DNA of 64,000 nucleotides from Ilumatobacteraceae bacterium (GTDB lineage: Bacteria; Actinomycetota; Acidimicrobiia; Acidimicrobiales; Ilumatobacteraceae): contig JANPBZ010000134.1 of NCBI GenBank assembly GCA_031430695.1, positions 8,683-72,682 on the forward strand. Reading direction: 5' to 3'. This document shows, piece by piece, positions 56,311 through 64,000 of this stretch (positions within the stretch are counted from its first letter, which is position 1; every line of letters starts with the position of its first letter). Position numbers and translations under genes: made by a program. The notes below the pieces were generated by a model. That model was given only the letters and a program-made list of their open reading frames with translations. It searched no databases and was not told the DNA's origin.

Positions 56311-57633
56311 TCAGTCGCCGCGGATGAGCGCTGCGGTGCCGTGTGCGGCGAAACCCTCGTGCTTGCTCATTGCCACAATGGTCGGCGTCATCCTGCGCCG
56401 GGCCGTCGCATCGGCACGAGCCACCGCGGTTCGCTTCAAGAACGCGTCCGCAGTGATCCCACTCGACACATGGGCGAACCCGCCCGTCGGAAGGCTGGCC
56501 GGGCAACCGATGACGTAGTTGCCGGCCGCGAACAAGGTGTGCTGGCCGATCAGGATCTCGCCGGCATTGACCAGGCGGTCGACCAGTTCGGCTTCTGCCG
56601 TGGCGGTGACGACCACCTGCAAGTGCTCGGGCGCCCAACGGTTGGCGACGTCGGCGGCTTCACCCAGGTCGGCGACCAGCACGCAGCCGCCGTTGATGCC
56701 CAACGCCGCGCGTGCGGCGTCTCCGCGTTCGGCCGGCAGGCCGGCGATCTGCTGCTGCAGTTCGCGGTCGACCATGGAGAACAGCTTGGTGGACGTTGTG
56801 ACAAGCACGACGGTCGAGTCCATGCCGTGCTCGGCCTCGTTCAACAGATCGGCCGCAAGGTATCGAGGGTCGGCGGAATCATCGGCGATCACCATGCTCT
56901 CCGTCGGCCCGAGGATCATCATCGTCGCCACGCCGTACCGCTGCATCTCGACCTGGGCACACGCGACAGGCGAACTTCCCGGACCGACGATCTTGCGAAC
57001 TTGAGGGATGGACTCGGTGCCGAACCCGAGTGCCGCAATGCCTGCCGGGCCGTTGACGCGAAACACGTTGTCGATGCCCAGCTTGCGGCACACGACAAGC
57101 ACAGCAGGGTCGATGCGCGCCCCGCCGTCGGGCATCGGTGGCACGACAAGTGCGAGCTCAGGCACGCCGGCGACGGTGGCCGGCACTCCCAACTGGTAGG
57201 CCACGCTGGGATAACTGGCCTTGCCACTGGGCACGAACAGACCGGCAGAGCTGATCGGTGTGACTTTCTCGCCGACCGACAGGCCAGGCTCGCTCTCGAA
57301 GCTCCAATCAGCCGAGCGCAGCATCAACTGCTCGTTGAACGAACGCAGGTGGGCGATTGCGTCGTCGATTGCCAGGTCGACTTCGATGGTTACTTCGGCG
57401 TCGGCGATCTCCTCGGTGGTGGCTCGAAGTTGATCCGGCTGCAGCGACACGTGATCGAACTCACGCAGGGCACGACACACGGCCTCGTCGCCGTTGACGC
57501 GAACGTCGTCGATGATTCGACCGATGGCCTCCTTCAGATCGGAATCGAAGATCGCCTCCAATCCTCGTGCACACAAGGCGCGGCGCGCGTCGTCGTTCAT
57601 CGCCGACCAGGTCATCGATCGCAGCACCGACAT
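56311..57633 (-). CDS. Histidinol dehydrogenase family protein (divergent HisD paralogue)
   Basis: Collinear by eye with HisD: VRVNGDEAVCRALREFD, GPGSSPV (in place of GPGN.YV), LGPTE, NEAEHG, APEHLQVV. ATG 57633 gives an N-terminus of HisD-like length; GTG 57666 is the alternative. Confidence 0.7.
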   Translation of the reverse strand: MSVLRSMTWSAMNDDARRALCARGLEAIFDSDLKEAIGRIIDDVRVNGDEAVCRALREFDHVSLQPDQLRATTEEIADAEVTIEVDLAIDDAIAHLRSFNEQLMLRSADWSFESEPGLSVGEKVTPISSAGLFVPSGKASYPSVAYQLGVPATVAGVPELALVVPPMPDGGARIDPAVLVVCRKLGIDNVFRVNGPAGIAALGFGTESIPQVRKIVGPGSSPVACAQVEMQRYGVATMMILGPTESMVIADDSADPRYLAADLLNEAEHGMDSTVVLVTTSTKLFSMVDRELQQQIAGLPAERGDAARAALGINGGCVLVADLGEAADVANRWAPEHLQVVVTATAEAELVDRLVNAGEILIGQHTLFAAGNYVIGCPASLPTGGFAHVSSGITADAFLKRTAVARADATARRRMTPTIVAMSKHEGFAAHGTAALIRGD

Positions 57634-57698
57634 GAGCGACGAGGGTATCGGGTAGGATTCACCCACGTTCCGCCCGAAGCCGCTAGGAGCGTCTCGCC

Positions 57699-58922
57699 AT
57701 GCCCGTCACCGTCGTCGTTGGAGCCCAATGGGGCGATGAGGGCAAAGCCAAGGTCATCGACCTGCTGGCCAGCGAACACACCCACGTCGTGCGCTATCAG
57801 GGTGGCCACAACGCCGGCCACACGGTGGTGGTGGGAACCGAGCGGTATGCGCTGCAACTGGTCCCATCCGGTGTGCTCTATCCGCACATCATCCCGGTCA
57901 TCGGCAACGGTGTGGTCATCGACATGCCCACCTTGTTCAACGAGATCGACACGCTGGAGGGCCGCGGCGTCAGTTGCGTCAAGCTCAAGGTCAGCAGCCA
58001 GGCTCACCTGATCTTCCCATGGCATCAGGCCCTCGACGCGCTGTACGAAGCGGGGCGCGGTGACGCTCGCATCGGTACCACCTTGAAAGGCATCGGCCCG
58101 GCGTATGCCGACAAGGCGCGGCGCGAGGGTGTACGCGCCGGCGAAGTGCTCGACCCGGTTGGCTTCGCCACGGCAGTGAAAGAGCGCGCTGTCAGCCACA
58201 ACGCCGAGATCGTTGCGCTCGGTGGGGAACCGCTCGACGTCGACGAGCTCGTCGAGCGCTTCACGACACTCGGCCGCAGGCTGGCGCCGTACGTGATCGA
58301 CACGGTGCAGCTACTGCACGAGGCTCTCGACCGCAACGATCACCTGCTGCTCGAGGGCGCGCAGGCGACATTCCTCGACCTCGATCACGGCACCTACCCC
58401 TTTGTCACGTCGTCGAATCCGACTGCGGGCGGTGCGTGTGTCGGCACTGGCATCGGCCCGTTGTACCTGACGCGCATCGTCGGTATCACCAAGGCATATA
58501 CAACGCGAGTGGGTAGCGGCCCGTTCCCCACCGAACTGCTCGACGACACCGGCGACCGGCTTGTCGAGATCGGCCACGAGTTCGGCACGGTCACCGGGCG
58601 TCGTCGTCGCACTGGCTGGCTCGACTGCGTGATGTTGCGCAAGGCGGTTCGCATCAACTCGCTCACCGAGATCGCCCTGACCAAGCTGGATGTGCTCGAC
58701 ACGTTCTCCGAGATCAAGGTGTGCACCGAGTACGACGCCGACGGTCGCCCCATCTACGCGGTGCTCGACGGTTGGCTGTGCGACATCTCTGCCGTACGCA
58801 GCCGCAGCGACCTTCCTCCGAAGGCCGCCGAGTTCGTGGCCCTGGTCGAGGCCGAGGTCGGCGTGCCGGTGAGGATCGTCGGCACCGGGCCGGCCCGCGA
58901 CGCGGTGCTGGAGTGGCAGTGA
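57699..58922 (+). CDS. purA: Adenylosuccinate synthetase
   Basis: GAQWGDEGKAKVID and YQGGHNAGHT motifs. Confidence 0.95.
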   Translation: MPVTVVVGAQWGDEGKAKVIDLLASEHTHVVRYQGGHNAGHTVVVGTERYALQLVPSGVLYPHIIPVIGNGVVIDMPTLFNEIDTLEGRGVSCVKLKVSSQAHLIFPWHQALDALYEAGRGDARIGTTLKGIGPAYADKARREGVRAGEVLDPVGFATAVKERAVSHNAEIVALGGEPLDVDELVERFTTLGRRLAPYVIDTVQLLHEALDRNDHLLLEGAQATFLDLDHGTYPFVTSSNPTAGGACVGTGIGPLYLTRIVGITKAYTTRVGSGPFPTELLDDTGDRLVEIGHEFGTVTGRRRRTGWLDCVMLRKAVRINSLTEIALTKLDVLDTFSEIKVCTEYDADGRPIYAVLDGWLCDISAVRSRSDLPPKAAEFVALVEAEVGVPVRIVGTGPARDAVLEWQ

Positions 58923-60226
58923 TCGATCGGTATTCGCTGCCGGAGATGGCAGCGGTGTTTTCCGACACCACCCGCTTCAGCCGATATGTGGAGATCGAGC
59001 TACTGGCGACCGAGGCGCAAGCCGCCCTCGGCATCGTGCCGGCAGCCGATGCCGCAACATGCAGGGCCAAGGCGCCCGTCACCGATGCCACGTTTGTGCA
59101 GGCGGTCAGTGATCGCGAGGCAGTCACCGATCACGACGTGGCAGCGTTCGTCGACGTCGTGCAGGCCGCGATCGGCCAGCCGGCCGGGGCGTGGATTCAC
59201 TACGGCCTGACGTCCAGCGACATCGTCGACACCGCGTGGTGTTGGGCGTTGCGCGATTCGGCCGACCTGTTGATCGAGGCATCGTCGGCGTTGCTGGCGA
59301 CGGTGATCGATCTGGCGCGTGCTCATCGCGACACAGTGATGATCGGGCGAACTCACGGCATCCACGCCGAACCGACGACGTTCGGCGCCAAGGTTGCGCT
59401 GTGGGCACTACAGATCGATCGTGATCGTGGCCGCCTGCGTGCCGCGCGCCAGGCAATTGCCGTCTGCAAGCTCAGCGGCGCGGTCGGCACGTACTCCAAC
59501 ATCGATCCGTCGGTTGAGTCCTACGTGGGCGAGCGTCTCGGTCTCACGCCAGTGCCGGCAACACAGGTCATTGCCCGCGACCGGCACGCCGAGTACTTGT
59601 GGGCCTGCGCGTCGGTCGGGGCAACGATGGAGATGATCGCCGTCGAGTTGCGCCATCTTCAACGAACCGAGGTCGGCGAAGTGCAGGAGGGTTTCAAGCC
59701 CGACCAAAAGGGCTCCAGTGCAATGCCCCACAAACGCAACCCGATCAGTGCCGAGACGATCAGCGGGTTGTCGCGGGTGCTGCGCGGGAATCTGCAAGCT
59801 GGTATGCAGGACATCGCGCTGTGGCATGAGCGCGATATCTCGCACAGTTCCGTCGAGCGAATCATTCTTCCCGACAGTTCATTGATGGCCTATTACGTGA
59901 TGCGCCGAATGCAGCGATTGCTCGCTGGTCTGCAGGTGTTTCCCGATCGCATGCGCACCAATCTCGATGCCAGCTTTGGTCTGGTCTTCAGCCAACCGGT
60001 GTTGTTGGCGTTGGTGCAGGGCGGGCTTGGCCGCGACGATGCCTACCGTATTGTGCAAGACAATGCAGCGCGGGCATGGGGCGAGAAACGCTCGTTCCGT
60101 GACCTCCTCGATGCTGACCCCAGGGTTGTTGTGCCCCCTGAGTTGCTCGACGAGGCCTTCGATTTGCAGCGTTCGCTGCGCCACAGTACGGCGGTATTCG
60201 ACGCTGTTGACGCCCTGAGGGGCTAA
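58919..60226 (+). CDS. purB: Adenylosuccinate lyase
   Basis: GTGA overlap with the purA stop. Fumarate-lyase signature GSSAMPHKRNP. N-terminus IDRYSLPEMAAVFSD. Confidence 0.93.
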   Translation: MIDRYSLPEMAAVFSDTTRFSRYVEIELLATEAQAALGIVPAADAATCRAKAPVTDATFVQAVSDREAVTDHDVAAFVDVVQAAIGQPAGAWIHYGLTSSDIVDTAWCWALRDSADLLIEASSALLATVIDLARAHRDTVMIGRTHGIHAEPTTFGAKVALWALQIDRDRGRLRAARQAIAVCKLSGAVGTYSNIDPSVESYVGERLGLTPVPATQVIARDRHAEYLWACASVGATMEMIAVELRHLQRTEVGEVQEGFKPDQKGSSAMPHKRNPISAETISGLSRVLRGNLQAGMQDIALWHERDISHSSVERIILPDSSLMAYYVMRRMQRLLAGLQVFPDRMRTNLDASFGLVFSQPVLLALVQGGLGRDDAYRIVQDNAARAWGEKRSFRDLLDADPRVVVPPELLDEAFDLQRSLRHSTAVFDAVDALRG

Positions 60227-60636
60227 CCGGCGCGAGAAATGCCAGCGCGCTTGAGGACGGCTGCGTCGACGCCGATTTCACGCCACGTGGCATACGAAAT
60301 GCCCTGGCGGGCGCTGTATGACTTGGCGACCGTCACGAACCCATCTTCCAACGCGCTGATGTCGACCTTCTCGCCGATGGAGGCCAGCTCGGTCTGTAGA
60401 TCACGGCGCTCCTGACGCAGCCGCAGCTCGTTCATCGAATCGGCCGCCTCCAACTCGGTATCGATGCTTGCCAGGCGGGCGGCGATCGACTCGCGAGTGC
60501 GGCGCCTGCCGCGCTTGGGCTTGTTGCTGCGCAACGCCTCGAGATAGTTACGCACTGCGTTGCCCTCGTTTCGTCCCATCGCCAGCGCTGCTTTGTGCTC
60601 ATCCGTCATCGGCCCTTTGGGCCCTCGTTTTGCCAT
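60223..60636 (-). CDS. Hypothetical basic/coiled-coil protein
   Basis: MAKRGPKGPMTDEHKAALAMGR... and a charged helical middle. ATG 60636 or 60645. No family recognised. Confidence 0.5.
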   Translation of the reverse strand: MAKRGPKGPMTDEHKAALAMGRNEGNAVRNYLEALRSNKPKRGRRRTRESIAARLASIDTELEAADSMNELRLRQERRDLQTELASIGEKVDISALEDGFVTVAKSYSARQGISYATWREIGVDAAVLKRAGISRAG

Positions 60637-60688
60637 GGTGTGCATTATAGTTTCATATTTGTGAATCTCAATAGTTACGATCGAGGTG

Positions 60689-61486
60689 ATGGATCTCAGC
60701 CGACTGTTCGATCTCGAGCTACACGGGGCCGATACCTTCGTTGGAATTGGTCCGCAGTACCCGTGGGGTGGATTGTACGGCGGTCAGATCGTTGCTCAGG
60801 CTTTGCGCGCTGCCGCAAGCACGGTTGAACCTGATCTCGAAGTCCATTCGTTGCGTGCGTATTACATTCGTCGCGGCGACCACACGGAACCCATCCGTTT
60901 CGAAGTCGACCGTATTCGTAACGGGCGGAGTTTTTCAACGCGCAGCGTGATCGCTCGCCAGGCGACCGGTGCAATCCTCAATCTCGAGGCTTCCTTTCAG
61001 CGTCCCGAGCCGTCGGTCGATCTGCAGACAATCACGATGGACAGTGACATTGCCGATCCCGAATCGCTCGTCTCTGACACGTGGACATCGTCATACGAGC
61101 GACGCTTCGTGCCGACTCGTCCTGGTGTTGGTCGCACGTTGGCGTGGATGAAGGTCAACGCTGCGCTCGGTGAAGATCAGTTGTTGCATCGCTGTTGGCT
61201 GGCATATCTCTCCGATGATCTCCCGACCGATTCGATACAAGCAGCGACCGATATCGATGTCGATGGCAGATTCGTCGCCAGCCTTGATCACACGATGTGG
61301 TTTCATCGTCCGGTGCGTTGCGACAGCTGGCATCTCTACGACTTCACGTGTCACAGCTACGTGGGCGGGCGGGGGTTGGCCATCGGGCATGTGTTCACGG
61401 CCGAGGGTCTCCACGTCGCAACCATTGCTCAAGAGGTGTTGATGCGCGGCCACCGCGCCCCACAGACTGACCAACATGGCTCCTGA
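60689..61486 (+). CDS. tesB: Acyl-CoA thioesterase II (double hot-dog)
   Basis: LFDLELHGADTFVG...YGGQIVAQAL...RNGRSFSTR pattern typical of TesB. ATG 60689 (GTG 60686 is the alternative). Confidence 0.85.
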   Translation: MDLSRLFDLELHGADTFVGIGPQYPWGGLYGGQIVAQALRAAASTVEPDLEVHSLRAYYIRRGDHTEPIRFEVDRIRNGRSFSTRSVIARQATGAILNLEASFQRPEPSVDLQTITMDSDIADPESLVSDTWTSSYERRFVPTRPGVGRTLAWMKVNAALGEDQLLHRCWLAYLSDDLPTDSIQAATDIDVDGRFVASLDHTMWFHRPVRCDSWHLYDFTCHSYVGGRGLAIGHVFTAEGLHVATIAQEVLMRGHRAPQTDQHGS

Positions 61487-62048
61487 CCTTTCTCCTGGCA
61501 TCTCTCCTGGCATCTCTCCTGACTCATTGGCCCATCGGGTCAACTCGATCGCTCGGCTCACCGGGACGTTCACGCTGCGGTCCGGCCAGATCGCCACCGA
61601 ATACTTCGACAAGTACCGCTTCGAGGCCGACCCGGTGCTGCTCGCCGACATTGCCGCCGCGCTCGTGGCACTGTTGCCGCCCGACACCGAGGTACTCGCC
61701 GGGCTCGAGCTGGGTGGCGTGCCGATCGCCACGGCGCTGTCACTGCACACGGGCATCCCAGCGGCGTTCGTACGCAAACAGGCCAAGGCCTACGGCACTG
61801 CCCGGCTCGCCGAGGGCGCGGAGATCGAGGGCAGGCGGGTGACGGTGATCGAAGATGTGATCACCACCGGTGGGCAGGTGGTGATCTCGACTGAGCAGCT
61901 GCGCGCGCTCGGGGCGATCGTCGAGCATGTCGTGTGCGTGATCGATCGCAGCCCCGATCACGGTGCGGCGCTGGTCGACGCCGGCCTGACGATGGTCTCG
62001 CTGCTCACCCGCGCCCAACTCGACGCCATCGAAGCCGCCCGCCCCTGA
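61476..62048 (+). CDS. pyrE: Orotate phosphoribosyltransferase
   Basis: FTLRSGQIATEYFD and PRPP-binding VTVIEDVITTGGQ. The N-terminus contains a 12-bp tandem repeat, so the true start may be further downstream. Confidence 0.85.
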   Translation: MAPDLSPGISPGISPDSLAHRVNSIARLTGTFTLRSGQIATEYFDKYRFEADPVLLADIAAALVALLPPDTEVLAGLELGGVPIATALSLHTGIPAAFVRKQAKAYGTARLAEGAEIEGRRVTVIEDVITTGGQVVISTEQLRALGAIVEHVVCVIDRSPDHGAALVDAGLTMVSLLTRAQLDAIEAARP

Positions 62049-62198
62049 CCGCCAGCGCAAGCTCGTCGGGCGCGATTCCGGTAGGCGTGGTACTCGTCTC
62101 GCGCCCGTGGGTGCGATTGTGGCAACGCTGCTGCACTTTTCGCGCCCGACGGGGAGGCTGTGAGACTCGCGGTGAGGTCGTCGGCGCGCCGCGGCTTC

Positions 62199-63482
62199 TT
62201 AGGCGATGATTCGGGCGCCGGCGGGGAGTTGAGCCAACAACGGCTCGCTGACCCAGCACCGGGTGAGATGCAGTGTGCTGCGGATGCGCACGACGCTCTT
62301 GGGCTCGTCGACGGCCTTGCCACACATGCTGAGCGCGGCTTTGATGCAGTCGGTCTCGGTCGGTAGCACCATCGGCATGCGACTGCGACGCACGCCCGAC
62401 GGCCCGGCCGTGAAGCAGTTGACATAGGTCTTCTGCCAGTTGATACCGGCGGCTACCGACGTCGGAATGAAGTCTGCGAAACCGATTCCCAGCACATTTC
62501 CGCCCGATGCCTCGGTGATGCCGAGCAGCACGATGGTGCTGACCCGTGGCGAGTCGGCGTCGGCGAGGCCGTGCACCCAGAAACGTCCGGTGACGTTGGG
62601 GTCCAGCGTTGTGCCACTGATGTCCTTTCCGCCCTGTTCGATGATCAGTACATCGATGACCGGGAATGGCAAGGGTGGCACGAGGTCGCGTGCCTCATCG
62701 GTGAGGGTGATCTCGACGTCACTGCCGACCTCGTCGGCGGTGAGCGCCCGCACACTGACCACTTGACCATCGGCCGACTCCAACGAGCCGACGCCTCCGA
62801 GAAGCCGACCGGTCGCTTTCAGTGCTCCGATGCCGTTGAGCAACCGGTTGCGCATCTCGACCGGCCCGCAGGCGTGGATCTGGGCCGCGCCGGGTTGCTT
62901 GCCGAATCCGACCACGGCCATCTTGGTCAGACCGCTTTCGATTGGACCCTTGAAGCACGTGTGCGGCTTGATGCGGTTGACCGGCATGATCCGGTCGGCG
63001 CCGGCGGCGTGCTGGTCGAGGTACAACGGCATGCCGTCGGGTGTGCGGGCAACCTCGACGGTGTCCATCGAGGCGCGTATCTCGCAGTCGATGGCCGATT
63101 CGGTCATGCCCAGTGCTTCCAACATGGCTCGCTGACCTTCGGCGGTGGCGCCGCCGTGGCTTCCCATTGCCGGCACAACGAAAGGTTCGGCGCCAAGGGA
63201 GCGCAAACCGCTGATTGCGCCGCGCAACAGGGCTACTCGCTCGACGAGACCCCGGCTTCCGGCACCGACGGCGATCGTCATGCCGCTGCTGACCGAGCCG
63301 GCCAGCCGGTCGACGACCTGTTGATGCGCTTCGGCCTCGACATCGGCGACCGGATCAGGCTGAGGAATGGGAAGGGCGACCTCGGTCAGTGCGGGTACGG
63401 CGAGGTCGGGGTGGAAGGGAAGATCGATTCCCTCGAGAAGCTGTTCCCATGGGTTCACCGCGAGGACGCTAATGCGGCACAC
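62199..63482 (-). CDS. LarA-like (DUF2088-type) domain protein
   Basis: AMGSHGGATAEGQ and NRIKPHTCFKGPIESGLTKM resemble the LarA N-domain motifs. Start is uncertain: GTG 63482 avoids overlap with arfB, and the track ATG is 63590. Confidence 0.5.
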   Translation of the reverse strand: MCRISVLAVNPWEQLLEGIDLPFHPDLAVPALTEVALPIPQPDPVADVEAEAHQQVVDRLAGSVSSGMTIAVGAGSRGLVERVALLRGAISGLRSLGAEPFVVPAMGSHGGATAEGQRAMLEALGMTESAIDCEIRASMDTVEVARTPDGMPLYLDQHAAGADRIMPVNRIKPHTCFKGPIESGLTKMAVVGFGKQPGAAQIHACGPVEMRNRLLNGIGALKATGRLLGGVGSLESADGQVVSVRALTADEVGSDVEITLTDEARDLVPPLPFPVIDVLIIEQGGKDISGTTLDPNVTGRFWVHGLADADSPRVSTIVLLGITEASGGNVLGIGFADFIPTSVAAGINWQKTYVNCFTAGPSGVRRSRMPMVLPTETDCIKAALSMCGKAVDEPKSVVRIRSTLHLTRCWVSEPLLAQLPAGARIIA

Positions 63483-63513
63483 TGCACCGTGCCGTAGTGG
63501 CCACAATAAGTCA

Positions 63514-63936
63514 ATGGAACCCTTCGATGGTGTGTACCGGACGCCGCGTGGCTTGCGGCTAGCGGCCGACGCCGTGTCATGGGTTGCCACGCGTTCGGGC
63601 GGACCAGGTGGTCAGCACGCCAACACGTCCGACACGGCCGTGACGATCACCATCGATGTGGAAACCGCCGGCTTCACGGCGGCCATTCGCGACAGAGTGC
63701 TGGCCGCGGTGGGCCCGACGATCAGCGCCTCGTCGGCTGGTTCGCGCTCGCAATTTCGTAACCGGGCAACGGCGTGGGCAGCGGCGTTGGAGCGGCTCGA
63801 CGAAGCCGCCAAACCACCGCCTCCGGCACGCAGAGCCACGCGTCCCTCGAAGTCGGCCGTTCGCAAGCGGCTCGAGGGCAAGCGCCGGGTTGCCGAGCGC
63901 AAACAGGACCGAAAGCGACCGTCCAGTGACGAGTAA
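63514..63936 (+). CDS. arfB: Alternative ribosome-rescue factor ArfB (peptidyl-tRNA hydrolase, GGQ)
   Basis: GGQ motif GPGGQHANTSDTAV and a basic C-terminal tail KRLEGKRRVAERKQDRKR. Start at MEPFDG (ATG 63514). Confidence 0.85.
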   Translation: MEPFDGVYRTPRGLRLAADAVSWVATRSGGPGGQHANTSDTAVTITIDVETAGFTAAIRDRVLAAVGPTISASSAGSRSQFRNRATAWAAALERLDEAAKPPPPARRATRPSKSAVRKRLEGKRRVAERKQDRKRPSSDE

Positions 63937-64000
63937 CTGCAGGTAGACGCATCTATTGCGCGATCGGACGGTGGTGCCGATGTGCTGCGGACGGCGAGCC

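Overview
This is a high-GC chromosomal segment that looks Actinomycetota-like: it has an HspR/HAIR-controlled dnaK operon, an LLM-class oxidoreductase, many GTG starts and frequent 4-nt ATGA/GTGA gene overlaps. All calls come from reading the sequence and the ORF track by eye; no database search was run. Most of the window is ordinary core metabolism and stress genes. These are fdsB (partial)-fdsA formate dehydrogenase, an OmpR-type two-component pair, ApbE, dnaK-grpE-dnaJ-hspR with two HAIR operators, clpB, an SNF2 helicase with a SWIM partner, purA-purB, pyrE, tesB and arfB. The outstanding feature is one 22.2-kb gene (33803-55984, about a third of the window). It encodes a protein of about 7,390 aa with a signal peptide and a glycine-rich head of about 520 aa. 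By hand count it then has about 51 DUF11-type modules of about 129 aa, two shorter terminal modules, and an LPSTG sortase signal. The module array has three layers of internal structure. One is a strictly 387-nt-phased homogenised array. Another is a roughly 3.87-kb super-repeat of ten modules present about 2.6 times. The third is a 515-nt patch of aberrant composition bounded by a 116-nt near-identical direct repeat. The giant gene is divergently paired, across a low-GC control region with a perfect 12-bp palindrome, with an orphan ParA-type ATPase and an arginine-rich 173-aa partner. That pair abuts a truncated, frameshifted LtrA-like remnant on one side, and two tandem 47-nt stem-loops sit on the other side of the giant gene, so the whole block of about 24 kb may be an insertion. 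Secondary points of interest:
- a glycosyltransferase / sugar-kinase / SIS / CarF-PEDS1-like desaturase cluster
- an FdsA-FdsD fusion
- a 154-nt nested palindrome upstream of a PhyH dioxygenase gene
- a HisD paralogue with altered metal-ligand positions
I found no rRNA, tRNA, CRISPR array or transposase.
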